A DNA stretch of 64,000 bases from Chromera velia. Its lineage: Eukaryota. Shown piece after piece: positions 15,491-32,729 of this stretch (its first letter is position 1; the number at the start of each line of letters is the position of its first letter). The DNA is taken from positions 1-64,000 of the forward strand of contig JAHBMJ010000299.1 of NCBI GenBank assembly GCA_018398765.1. The letters are read 5' to 3'. Below the pieces are notes generated by a model. The model made no database searches. It saw only the letters and a program-made list of their open reading frames with translations, and had not been told where the DNA came from. The translations under genes were made by a program, and so were the position numbers.

Positions 15491-15789
15491 CCCCTGCCCT
15501 TGAATATTGGACGCACGTTTTGAGACCTCTCTGTGGTCAACTTTGCCACGGCGTACCACCCACCCGCCCCTCATTATCCATGTATGTAACTTGTAAAATA
15601 CATTTATTTTTGCGTTTTTTCGTGCACACCGCACGCGTGACAAAACCCTTTATAGGGCAAAAACAATAGGGATCCACCATTTTTTGAAATTAAAAAAATG
15701 AAAAAAAGAAAATAAAATGAATTCTAATACAGTAAGTGATAATACAAAGCTAAGCCAAATCGTGCGTCCAATATTCAAGGGCAGGAGCT
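15489..15789. mobile_element. MITE (301 bp) with ~34-bp TIRs inserted in (TA)n; TA TSD
   Basis: AGCCCCTGCCCTTGAATATTGGACGCACGTTTTG (15489-15522) matches the reverse complement of 15756-15789 with 2 mismatches. Both flanks are TA runs. Confidence 0.85.
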
Positions 15790-16407
15790 TATATATATAT
15801 ATATATTAATACGTGTCGATAAGATACATGCATGCATGCATGCATGAATGCATGCAAATTTAAGAAATTAAGACGTACGCGTCAGTCGCGCTCGTAGTCG
15901 CGCTCGATCGTGCACGCGCTGCACACAAAATTTTGTGGTGGTGAGGACATGCGCAGGCTATGGCAGACTGAGCTTCAACAACAATCGATATATTGATCGA
16001 TCGAATCACATCGAATCCTGTCAGATCTTCTAATTTTTTTTCTCCCACTAAGTTTTAACAGATCTTCTAATTCGCTCGATCATGTTCGAGAATGTTCGAG
16101 ACTGTCCGATCACACAACGCGTCTTATATTGATAAGTTGTGCTCTTAGACACCGCATTGAAGTATCAACTAAACGCCAGTTTGGTAAAGACTCTCTATAA
16201 CTGCGCACGCTGGGCTTCTAGAGTTCCATTCCGGTAAACCGCTTCAGACTCCTCTTTCTCAAATTGTTCTGACAGGGAGGATACCTGTAGGCACAAGCAG
16301 CAGCTGCTTGTCAGCTCTGCAGGCCTGACTAGGTTTTCGGACACAGAAGCTTGGCCTCTATTTTTTCACCGATCGACTGGCAACACGAAAGTTGTAGAAC
16401 CACGAAC

Positions 16408-18196
16408 ATGAACCGTGTGCAAAGCACAATCACGACAGCGATTTCCCCTTGGGAAATCTTGACCTTTCGAGGCGACTTCATTCTGTTCAGTGACACCTGG
16501 TCTCAGCATCAGCTTGAAGGGGTTCTCTTCCCTCCCGCCTATTCCCTAGAAGTCGGCATTCACGGAATCAAGCTCATACCGAGTAAAGCATCTGAGAGGA
16601 TTTATCTCAGGACAACAGAACCTCCTCCAGCGCTCGATCTTCTCTTCGAAGACATTTCAGCGATGGCGATTTCCATAGAGAGAGAAGATTTCCATAGTGG
16701 GTGCGTCGGATGGGTGAGTGGGTTCTTCGAGCGCATTTTTTCCGTTGCCCTCCATCGGTCTTTTTGCCAAACTGGGTTTCCGACTCAACTTCCTTGTTTG
16801 CCTGCAGGCTGTTCGGATCGTGTCCCGAAATGGCATGGTGTACGTGTTGAAGTGCATCGAGGAGGACTCGTTCCATCCCGAACTGCGACGTGCCGCCGCA
16901 CAGATCTTCTGCAGCAAGGTCTGGCCTGTCATGGAGGAGCGATGGCGTCAGCAAGCACATCTGATTCATCTGCGGGCATTTTCCACTTTCTCGATACAGT
17001 CGGACACACTGCTTGAAGAGCGGACAACGGCACACAGACGTGCACATAACATCCTCACAGGTGATGTGTGTTTCTACGACTTTTGGGGGAAGGAAACGTT
17101 CCGCCAAAACAAGTACGACTTTGTCAGCGCCCTCTTCTACAAAGCCGGCATCCCTGCCGGTCTTACGCTTTCAAGACTCGACCAGTGCCGCAACGGGTGG
17201 CCGTGGGTCATCTTTGCAGGAGAGGAGGCAGTGTGGCGGAGGTTCGAGGAAGGGGGTCTGCCAATGCGGGCGCGTCTCGACCTCCGCAGTGGCGGGGACC
17301 TCCTACAGAGACGCACCTGCCCCCGTGCACGTCGGCTGACTGAGACAGTCGGGAGGAATCCGACCGAGACCTGGATTCGCCTCAGAGATCAGAGAGAAAG
17401 ATTGGATCAGAGAGTCAGAGATCAGAGAGAAAGAGTGGAGAGGGTGTTGCTTGCAGCGCGCATAGAAGGATTGCAGAGGTTCTTGATTGGCCGGCTGTTT
17501 GGTGCTCAATCTACCCGAGTCCCGAGTGATGAACTCGAGGAATCCGATGGGCGCTCCGGAGATGCTGAGCCTGTCAGTGACCCTGTCAGTGAGCCCGGTC
17601 TGTCAATGAGTGGACAGGGTGGGGAGTGTGCTCGAGTGGCAGAGGGAGGAAGGGACAGTTCCGACACCGCCTCTCAGACCGATTACAGGGAGAACGGCAG
17701 CCCGATTGAGCAGCATCAGTTGGAGACCGCAGGAGAAATCGCACAGCCAGAGGAAGCGCAGGTCAGTCTACGAGTTTTTTTTGACAACTTCCTTATTCTC
17801 TCTTCCATTCAGGACAGACTTCTCAGCACACAGTCAGTCACAAAAAAAAGAAACAGACGGCGTCATCCGTGTCGTTTGCATTCCGTCTGCATGATCATTG
17901 CTCTTCGAAACTCGAATCATCACCGCAAGTCCTAATTTCAGAGCGTTGTTGTGGTACTGTAACTGTAACAAAGCTTTGAAGAGGAGAACCACCATGCTGG
18001 TGCAAGGACATCCAATGCTCTCTCTGTCTGTTCGCAGGCCCCTCCAAGATCCAGGCCAACAAGGGGCAAGGAAGGGTCTGCGTCTTGCTGTGTGCCACTC
18101 CGAGCTGCTGCATTTTGGTGCGGTTTTCGGAGGGGCAGCGTTCAGATAGTCGGCGATGATGAGGGAGTGGTTCAGAGACTGGACGAGGGAGAGTGA
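16408..18196 (+). CDS. Hypothetical protein, 3 exons (about 16408-16713, 16808-17761, 18039-18196)
   Basis: Long non-repetitive ORFs join in phase through GTGAGT..CAG and GTCAGT..CAG introns. A TGCATGCA cluster lies upstream (15828-15856). No recognisable family. Confidence 0.6.
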
Positions 18197-19748
18197 AGAC
18201 TGCATGGGCTGGACAGAAGAGCTAGGGCAAAACCGGGCGTGAAGGAGTGAAATGGATGCTCTGCGAATTGGATTGATGGAATGAAAACTTCATGCACTTT
18301 GTTGTTCCCTGCCAATCCTTCGGGAGAAGGGTTCGACTTTGTGTCATCGAAGACTTGTCAACCTACAGAGTTTCTTTTTACACCAGCGAATCAAGGCAGA
18401 GAAAAAACGAACAAGATTGTTGACAAGCTGGCCCACGCAGCACTACCGGACGTTGTTTTAGTCGGCGCATTCACTCCGCGACTCATTTTTATTTGTCCTT
18501 GCCACAAAATCTGCTGGAGGGGAAAAAAGGAATGCAAAGGGACCCCTGGGTGGCTAGAGGGACCCTCACAGTCGATCTATCAATTCTTTTCTCTCTCGAT
18601 CGGCCGTGTGGCTGGAGGTATTCCGCTCTGGCTTGTACAGAAGAATTCGAATGGCCTGGATTGATTCTGCATTGCCATTGATGTGCCTGTATGAATGCCT
18701 GCATGGTGCTTTGCGCCCATGCTGCGCCCATGTCGATTTGAGAGCCGGTTCAAGTTTGGAGTCTTCCTTCTCAGCTCTGCACTTGCATCTCTGCATGTGC
18801 AGGTCGTGCATGGAGATGCCCCCTTTTTCTGCATTTTATAATTGCCCTCATCTCCCTCAGACTTGAGCTGGTTGATCGAAAGAGGTGATGAACTTGAATG
18901 TTGAAGTCTCTCTACCCGCGTTTGCATATACATATTTTACTGTGAAGTACAGCCATGTATTAAATTTTGATCGAATTTACACGCATCAACTACGAAAGCT
19001 TCTAGCATAAAACTAGTTTTTGATTATTTTTGATATAGAACCATATAGAAGTTTAAAATTAATGTGCAGAGTTGAGCTCATGTACAGCTATCACAGTACC
19101 ATAGACTCATAGTATGTCATGGTGTGCTGGACAACGTTGCAAGGACCATTTAGGTAGAAGTTTTTTGAAAAACCCCACTGCTAGCCCCACCGGCAAGAGT
19201 TATCAGCTAAGTTAGGGTTCACAACTTAGATATAGCAGGGGGCTCCTAAAATATACTAAAGTAAGTTTATTTAAACACTCACTTAATTAATTTCGAAAGT
19301 GTTTGTAATAAATTTCTAACACCATCAAACACTACATGTATCGATCTAGATCAACCTTGAAATTTTAATAAAAGTTTGTAAATGTTTTAAATTCATGCAT
19401 ACAGACTCTCTACATGTATTTACATGTACGCAGGTGTACACTGAGTCACTGACAGAGTGACTGATGTGTTTTAAAGATCATTCAAAGAATGCAGTCAGGA
19501 ATGCACGGCCGGAAGTCACATTGTTTGATCACTTACAAACTGATTATGAGAAGTGAAAGCCAGGTCTCGGTCCACAAGTGAACAAGGCTTTGAGCCATCG
19601 CGCAGCCTGACAAGGGTGATAAATTAATTCTAAAATTGCTCTGAAATTAAGGACTAGAAAAAGGGATGGAACGTGTAGAATCAAATACCCAGCCGAAGCC
19701 AGGCAAGGCAGATGCACACTGTGCAGCACACATAATACTGAAAGGCGC

Positions 19749-20402
19749 CAGTGTTGTTAAGTCTCGGTACTTTCGGTACCTCGGTACCAGAGGGGGGGTC
19801 AGTATCGGATTTCGAATCGGATCTTTCGGTACCAACCTAAATGACTCTCAAACTTAAAAATCACATGTAGTCTGATGTTATAATATCATTTAAACACACT
19901 TCATAAAATAAAATAAACAAAATACAATGATAAATTAAAATTAAGAAAGTCTTTTCTAGCTTTTTTGATTGATCCGCGACTTCTGTCTTCTGGAACGGTC
20001 TATGGATTGGATCTTGTTTTTTTTGTGGCGGTGCACGTGTGCAGCTCCAAAATTCATGTAAGGAGACGGTGATGCTTCAGATGGCAGTTCTGCATCCATG
20101 TGAGGATACGCGAGATACACACAATGCGCGGCCCAGGGCCCGCACGCCGCAGCCCATGCAAGCGCACGCCCCCCCCTCGCGCTTCAAATTAGATATCAAA
20201 AGTTTGTGCTAGTCATCTTTGAGCATTCCAGTGTTCTAACGGCATATAAACAGTCTGTAAAGAGTTCTAAAAACCTGTTTAGAATATGTAAAAAAGCCGG
20301 TACCGAAAGTACCGAAAAGGTACCGAAAGTACCGAAAAATTTCGGATCGGGGGGTCGGTATCGGATTTCGGTACTTAGGTTTGTCGGGACTTAACAACTC
20401 TG
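19749..20402. mobile_element. hAT-like MITE (654 bp) with 8-bp TSD AAAGGCGC
   Basis: TIRs are CAGTGTTGTTAAGTCTCG and CGGGACTTAACAACTCTG. AAAGGCGC is identical at 19741-19748 and 20403-20410. Subterminal TTTCGGTAC/GTACCGAAA arrays sit at both ends. Confidence 0.92.
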
Positions 20403-20546
20403 AAAGGCGCCGTTCGACCAGCTTGATCATCGTCTTTTCATGCACTCAAACTGCGCCTTCTTCAGGCCAACGGTCGCTCCATCTTGCGATCGATCGAAGC
20501 TGGCCCTCATTCTTTCCTCCCTTCCGTTGTTCCTTCCGTTTCCTTC

Positions 20547-20581
<35 letters not shown>

Positions 20582-20597
20582 GCTCTCTTTCTTTCTT

Positions 20598-20677
<80 letters not shown>

Positions 20678-21351
20678 CTTTGTGTGTGCGTGGACCTCTC
20701 CTTCCATCTTGCCCCCCCGTTCCTGTACGTCTCTTTGGACTTGCCTCACTTGCTCTCGTTTTTTTCTTTTGCTCCATTGTGCAGCAAAACAACATTTCAA
20801 TTCGTCGAGCAGCAAACAAATTTTCGGTTCAGGCGCAAACGATGACGATCGAGGGAGCTCTGGTCTGTTTGTCTGTCTGTCTTTCCATCTGTCTATCGAG
20901 GGAGCGAATTGAATCGGAAGCCGTGCATTCTTCTCAGGCTGGCGAAAGAGACCCGATTCCTCGGTCTCTAGTCTGAAGGCCGAGTTCTTCGATCGTCCCC
21001 TCTGTTCTCTACTTGAAAGGTCCCAGAAACATGCATGTGAGTTGAATAAATTCGAAGCTTTTTTGCATCATGCCGCCGTCCTTTCCAGGACCCCTGCAGT
21101 GTGTGGGTCTTAGTCTGTTCCTTCCCCAGCTCCCTCCCTGCCTGGCTGCCGGCCTGGCCACTGTCAACGCTGCTCACTTTCTTCAATGCAGGTGAAACAA
21201 ACAGCTTTCCTTCCTTCCTTCCTTCCTTCCTTCCTTCCACATCAGATTGCGCACCAGGGCCTCCGGCTGGAGACCCAAAGGAAGAATGGCTGTCCTGTTC
21301 CTTCCTTTTCCCAACCTTCCTCTGGAATTCCTTCCTTCCTTCCTTGTTGTC

Positions 21352-22522
21352 CTAGGGTCTCATCCCCTTCTTGTCTTCAAATTGATGGAAGACCGCATTG
21401 CTGGGGGTGGGCTTCGCCGGGTTGCAGTTGTATTGAGGGCATTCTTTCTCTGATGGAATGGGAATGGATGAACGGGTCTTCACGTTGTTGTTTTCCATGA
21501 GAGGGCGAGTGATGTTCTTTTCCTCGTCACCCGTTCTTCTCTCCTGTTTTTCGTTGTGAATCCTCCTGATCAAATCAGTCAACCTGGCCTCCTCTTCTTC
21601 TTCCTTCCATGCGTCAGTTCTCGATTGGTGACGCGATTCGTTCTCGATTGGTGACGCTCCTTGTTTCTCCATAGTGCACTTTTGGGTTCTTTTGTTTTTC
21701 GCCTTTCTGATTCTTTTCCTTTTCGTCGTGAATTCTGCTCATAAGGTCAGTCAACTTGAGCTCTTCTTCCTCCTCTTCTCCCTCCGTCGGCCCATGCGTA
21801 CTGTCATTCGGCTTGATAGCGACGCTCTTCTTGCCACCCATCCCCTGCCTTTCTCTTCTCTTCTGCTCTTTGTCGTCGTGAAGCCTCCAAATAAGGTCAA
21901 TCAACACAAGGTTTTCCTCCTCATCTGCTCCTTCGTTTGATTGCGGACTTTCCCTCTTCTTCTCGGTGAAACTTCTTGTTCTGTCCTCTATTCCTCTCTG
22001 TTTTTTTTCCTTTTCGTCGTGAATTCGTTTGATAAGGTCAGTCAGCATCACTTCATCTTCTTCCTCTTCCCCTTCCTCTGTTTGCGTTCTGCAGTTCTCC
22101 TGATTCGTTTGGAAACCCCTTCTCGCCACCGCCTCTCTTCCACTTTTCGCCTTTTTTTCACGAGCCCGTCGAATCAAATCCTCCAACCAGAGCTCTTCGT
22201 CGTCCTCGTCCTCGCGAAGACAGTTTGCAACACGAGAGAGGAAACTGTAACCAGAAGGAGATGACTCATGTTGCCTGAGGCTCCCCTGTCGGCCGTCATC
22301 CTTGACAGGCTTTGGAGTTCGTCTGAAAATATCGACAGGTCCCTCTGCTGGTCCCTTCTGCTCCTTCAACTGCCCTTGACATGAGGACACCTGGGCCTTT
22401 GGGGGAGAGAGGACAATGCCCCCTGCTGACTGCATGCCGAATTCAGAGATGCTCTTGTCCACTGCACGCATGCACAGACAGATGACCCAATCGTGAGGTG
22501 GACACACTTGTGGTATATGCAC
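21352..22522 (-). CDS. Hypothetical charged repeat protein with five acidic-run-LxDLIxRIHDEK repeats; frameshifted near 21690-21615
   Basis: The repeat occurs 4 times in ORF 21614-22522 and once in the overlapping, different-frame ORF 21352-21672. The likely start is the ATG at 22435. Further exons toward about 20900 are possible. Confidence 0.55.
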
Positions 22523-23372
22523 CGTGACGGCACATCGTATGGCTGATCAATGTGCAGGATAAGCTCACACTCTCATTCTCCGTGAATGCATGCATGTATA
22601 TATGTACGAATAAACAAGTTTGTTCGCGCGCCAACACAGTAAGACACACATCGTTCGAACCAGTTCCGTCCGAGAGATTAACACCAGAACGCACCTCCGT
22701 CAAGGTCTCTTCGCACACAAGTAGGTACCTTGCAGAGCTATCGATGAAGCCCTGAGAGTGAGCTATGAAGGGTTCCGAAGGCCTCTGACGACTAGCTGAC
22801 TTGAAGTGTCTGACCTTTCTCGATGTCACCTTCTAAATTATTCGCCACACCGAAGGGGGGCCCCCAACTCAATGGGAGAAGAGCTTAATTGCTTAATTGT
22901 CCCTCCCCTCTGATGTTCCATAACAATTGTACAACAAGGGCAGTGCAGCGACCTCGTACCGGCAGCAACAGAAACCTGCAGTTTATCTTGCGGTGCCAAT
23001 CATGCTCCGAGTAGAGGATTTGGTCTGGAGGCGCGATCGAAACGTTTGCGTGCGTCAAATATAGCGACGCGCGCGTCTCGTCGCTTAAAGACTCGCTTTT
23101 TGCCAGATTGGGAGTCTGGAACATTCTGGAAAACTGATTAAATTAGTCCCGCGATCTTCATGGAAGGAGCACATTCCACACCACCCACTGTGATTGTCTC
23201 GTTGCAAGCCTCTGAAATACCAAGCGCATGGGACCGTAGTCGTCTTTCACGTTGCGAGCCTGACGTACGGGCACAAGCACTTCATTTTCGATTCACCCGT
23301 CTCCTCCCGTCTCTTTTTGACAGCGCTGGGGAGAAGGCTATTTTTTCGAGAAGAAATCAGAGCGTGAACAGA

Positions 23373-24857
23373 ATGTCCAACGTCCTAATCACTGGGGGGT
23401 CTGGTTATGTGGGGCGCTGCCTTGTCAGTCAGTTGCTGAAGGAGACACCGAACGTTAAGGTGACAGTTTTTGACCTCCATTCCCACCCAAGTTTTGAGAA
23501 GAGAGAGAACGTTCACACAGTCATCGGGAGCGTGACTGACTATGCAGCTCTCTGCTATGCGATGCATGGAATTGACGTGGTGTTTCACCTTGCGTCTTAC
23601 GGAATGTCCGGTGCCCCCATGCTGGACGAAGAGAAGTGCTGGGAAGTGAACGTTAGAGGGACTGAAAACGTCCTTGCGGCTTGTGCCAAAGAGGGGGTGA
23701 AGGCCCTACTTTACTGCAGTTCGTACAATGTGGTCTTTGGAGGGGTGCCGATCTCAAACGGCTATGAGCGTCTGCCTTACTTCGCAGCTGAGAAGCACAC
23801 GGATGCTTACAGCCGAAGCAAGACCGTCGCAGAACAGAAAGTGTTGGGATGCAAAGACGCGTCTCTGAAGGTGTGTGCCGTGCGTCCGGCCGCCATCTAC
23901 GGTCTTGGCGAGGAACGTCACTTTCCCCGTATTGTCCGTATGATGGACATGGGTTTGTTTTTCTTTACTTTCGGTGAGAGAGACAGCCTTGTTGACTGGG
24001 TTCATGGGGACAATCTGTGCTTTGCACTGAAAAAAGCAGCGTCGAAGCTTGTGAAAGAGGCGTCACAGGAAGGGGGGGGGAGAGAGACGGTCCACAGACA
24101 GGCTTTCTTCATCTCTGACGGTAGACCGATCAACCAGTGGGACTTCCTCAGACCCATCGCTTCTGCAGTGAGGGCTCCGTTTCCGTCTCTGCATATTGGC
24201 CTGCGCCCGATGCTTGCTTTTGCCTTCGTGAGTGAAATGATCCACAAACTAGCTGTGCGCATTGTGGGCCGTGCCCTTGCCCCCGCACCGTTTCTGACGA
24301 GAGCAGAGGTGGTAAAGTGTGGGGTCACTCACCATTTCTCAGTTGAGAAAGCGGAGAGACTTCTCGATTATAAACTGTTGGTGAGTCCAGAAGAGGGAAT
24401 CGAAAGTCTGGCGGTCAGCCTTGCCAACAGAAGTGCCACGGAGGCTTCAGAGAATTTTTTCCGATCGCCTGCTGTCATCTGGTGGCTGTTGGTCTGTGGA
24501 GGTCTCTGGTTGACTTTCGCGTGTGCTCTGGCAGAAGGGAAAACCCCAAAGAGTATTCCGTTGTCTGAGCTGCCCTCTGTGGCTCTAGTCTCCCCCCTAG
24601 TGCCCTTCCGTGTTTTGGCAGAGACGCTCTTTGGAGGCCAGCAGGGGGTTCAGGTCGTCGCAATCGCTGCGGCTGCCGCACATGTGATTGAGGGAGTTGC
24701 CGCTGCCTTTGTGGCTTATCGGAATGGTATGCAGAACACCTGGGTTGCGTGGGGTTTTCAGACGTTGATCATGGGCTTTCCTTCCTTCCGCCTTCTCCTG
24801 CAACGTACGCAGCAGTACACAGGCCCTAGACAGGTAGAGAAGACCGGAAAGATTTGA
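23373..24857 (+). CDS. Extended SDR / 3-beta-hydroxysteroid dehydrogenase family (SDR42E1-like) with C-terminal membrane domain (TMEM254/DUF4499-like); intronless
   Basis: It contains the VLITGGSGYVG Rossmann motif, VFHLASYGMSG, the catalytic YSRSK, RPAAIYG and DWVH. The C-terminus is hydrophobic, with AHVIEG...WGFQTLIMGFPS. The likely start is the ATG at 23373; the ORF is open from 23160. Confidence 0.9.
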   Translation: MSNVLITGGSGYVGRCLVSQLLKETPNVKVTVFDLHSHPSFEKRENVHTVIGSVTDYAALCYAMHGIDVVFHLASYGMSGAPMLDEEKCWEVNVRGTENVLAACAKEGVKALLYCSSYNVVFGGVPISNGYERLPYFAAEKHTDAYSRSKTVAEQKVLGCKDASLKVCAVRPAAIYGLGEERHFPRIVRMMDMGLFFFTFGERDSLVDWVHGDNLCFALKKAASKLVKEASQEGGGRETVHRQAFFISDGRPINQWDFLRPIASAVRAPFPSLHIGLRPMLAFAFVSEMIHKLAVRIVGRALAPAPFLTRAEVVKCGVTHHFSVEKAERLLDYKLLVSPEEGIESLAVSLANRSATEASENFFRSPAVIWWLLVCGGLWLTFACALAEGKTPKSIPLSELPSVALVSPLVPFRVLAETLFGGQQGVQVVAIAAAAAHVIEGVAAAFVAYRNGMQNTWVAWGFQTLIMGFPSFRLLLQRTQQYTGPRQVEKTGKI

Positions 24858-27839
24858 TTTGCGGTGCTAGAAGGCAGTGGAAGCGGCCAAGGGCGAAACG
24901 GCGCCAAGGGCGGCCAATAAATCACTTATCACTTATCTGCGTGTAGCACTAAATGTTTCCCACAACAAAAAGTTGAGCGGCATATAACCAAAATTGTAGT
25001 GCTGGTATTATCGTGTATCACTTTTTGTCAAGTTTTTTCTAGCTTCATTTGCTTAAGTACTAGCTTAAGTAATAAGTGATTAAACTGTGATTTAGTTGTG
25101 TTTTGGACTAGTGTTACCGTTTTATGCCGTTTTGTCTTCGACTTCGATCATTATGCAACTTTAATTAACATACCTAGATAAATTATAAACATGATGCGAG
25201 TAAGTTGCAGCAAGTCTAGCAACAAGTTATATACCCTGGGTATCCTTGGGCCTTTGTCCAGGCCTTTGTAAAATTACCTTAAAAATTATATATGAAGTTA
25301 ATTGTGAACTCAATTAATCAAGATCAATCAACACTGATTCAACAGAAACTTAGTATATGCATAATGAGAATCAAGTTTCAATCAACAGGAATCAGGACTA
25401 GAATCAGGATCTTGAAGAAGATTTGTATAAACATAGCTAGGAACATAGACTACTAGGAGCTAGCCTCCGACGGCTATAGTCATTCATCAATTTTAATAAT
25501 TATATGAGACGTTAAATCAAAAACTAAGCTAGAAACTATGGGAAGGAGACTATATACTGTAATCGAAATTATAGTTGAAAACGGCTAGTCTACTATTTTA
25601 GAGTGATGTCGCATGTAAGTTTACATGTAAGTTTAGCTTTAATTGACTATAAAATCTCGCCCAGGCAGGGCCAGGCTCGAATGTGCGTCTTGCACACCTG
25701 CAGAGCTAGCTGCAGAGCTTTCAGTTTAAATAAGCCGCCCTTGTACGTGGCGCTACAGGTTGCGGTATCACGCCAAACTCACACCAAAATGCGCTGCTCT
25801 TCCCCTCTCTTACATCGCACCTAGCATCGCACGTGCAGAGCCTGGCAGAAAAAGAGGGCTTCAAAGGAAATGCAGGTCGGCTCGGCATCAAGATGCAAGT
25901 ACAAAGTACAAGGGGGGTATGCAGCAGAAAGGCACGATCAGTGGAGGCCGAAGCGAAGGGAACGGAGGGGGATGGAGAAAAAGGAGCGTGTCTCGGAAAG
26001 TTTGGTTCATGCGCAGCAACCAACAGACCGAGCTAGATGGCAGTGATGACGATCGAAAGGGGGTGAGGGAGGGGAGAAGAATCAGAAGGGTGGGCAGACT
26101 CAAGCTGACCGCCCAACCGACCGACATCCCATGGGGTTCAGGCACGTACAGTGTAGTTGGCATCCCCCCCATGTCATCGCAGAGTGGGCGGCATGGAGGG
26201 GGGGGGGGTGGAATGAAAGGGAGTGGTGGTTTTAGGGACACGCCACGAATGGACAAATAGAATACAGCAGCCGAGACGCGGGAGCCGCCCTAGACCGAAC
26301 AAAAAAGAAGTACGAGAGGCTATACAAGAGCGTGAAGAACATCTTCCATCTCTGTCGAATTGAGGAAGGGCATGAATTCGTCAAACAAGATCGAGGGAGA
26401 GGGAACAAATGAATGTACCTAGAGGACTGTCAGGCTGCTGCAAGGAGCACCGTCTCCAAAACGAACATGAGGCAACAATCAATGGAAGGAAACTTAGCAG
26501 CGAAACAGGCAGGCGAAAGAGGAGAAGAGAAAAGACCCACAGTCAGAACTTTCAAAAGCGGGTTATCTCGAATCATCTTCCCTCCTGAGGCAAGCACGGA
26601 CCAAAGCATCCGTGTCTTCTCCCTGATCGCGACCCCAAAAATCTCTCTTTTTTTGCCAGTCTACGCATTTAATTTACATGTGGTCGAAAAATGTTCATTT
26701 ACCCCATCCTTTCCCTCTTCTGGCTCTCCCTCTCGCTCCTTCTCGCTTTCCTCGATTAAATTCGTTTGAAAAAGTCCATCTATTGAAATTTCAAATTCTG
26801 TTGCTCTGAATTCCGTCCCCATTTCTGCCCTTTCCTTCCAAGTCTTTACTTCCCTATCACAGTCAATCTGCTTTCATTCTTTCAGGGAGAAAAGGAGAAT
26901 TGCTTCCAATGATCCTTAAGCAAGAGCTGGACAAATAGAAGAAGCGCGCAGGGTTATTTGTGCATATACAGACGGTTTTTCTTTCCTCTGGCTGCCCCTC
27001 TAGCAGCCTCCTCACTTTCGGTGATCTCCCAGGTCAACCAATTGACAATCACTCAAAAAGGCACCCCCCCTTCTTTTCTTTTCTCTTATTGCCCTTCCCA
27101 GTGTGCGTCCACTCCTCTCCTTTCCCCTCTTTCTCCCTGGTTCTCTGTTTGCGTGTCTGTCAGCTCTGTCTCTCTGGGTTGCATGGAAGAGAAGGGCATG
27201 CAGAGAGAGCGTTACAGGTGCCAACGTTAGGCAGTCAGTCGCATGCTCTCCGTGTGTACGAAAAAGTGTCTGTCAGACAGGAGGAACGAGGCCAGATAGA
27301 CAGAGGCCATGCAAGGGACTCACTCCATGCACCAACCACCCCCCGACTGGCTGTCCCTGTCCTTTGGGCCCTTCTTTGACTCACGAGCGTGACAGACAGA
27401 CAGACAGACAGACATTGTCCTTTCCAAAGCAGCCTCATGTGGCAGGAACCAACAGACACAGACGCAGATCCACGCCAAGTCACAGACTTACTTCAAGCAG
27501 CACGGCTCATGACAAATGTGGGGGCCAGAGCTATGCATTCGGGAAGAAAGGGAATGTAAACCTTGGCCGCACACATGCCCTCACACACGCAAGCATACAC
27601 GCACACACACACGCACACACACACAGACAGACAGACAGACAGACAGACAGGGAACGAGAGAGAGAAAGGGGGGGGCTATCCATATTTTGCTTTCCACCCC
27701 TTCAAGAAAAGCAAGCAAGTATTCAAGGCTACCTTCGTCTGTCGACGTTGTCGCTCATCTACCAATCAATTGTCCATTGTACAGATCAACAAAATAGACA
27801 AACACAGAGAAGGAAGGAAGGACCGGGACGCACTTTCCA

Positions 27840-32417
<4,578 letters not shown>

Positions 32418-32729
32418 TGACTGGAGCGATGACAGAATCTGTCTGACCGCCAAACATAAATTGGTGCAGGCAGACTGAAACAAAGATGGGCTTACATGTG
32501 CTTCACCACTTCACACAGCTCGGTGACATCAGCCAGGCAGTCGTCAGAATGTCTTTGCTCTGTGCACAGAAGTGCTGAAAGCGAACGGGTTGATTGTCAC
32601 AAGGGATTGTCCATCCCATGCGCACCGCATGATGTTCTTGCTGCTGGACGCATATAAGTACGCTTCTTCAGGTGCGATCGAACAATTAACGTACTTGCGA
32701 GCTGCCCCTCGATCCGACGATCGATCCCT

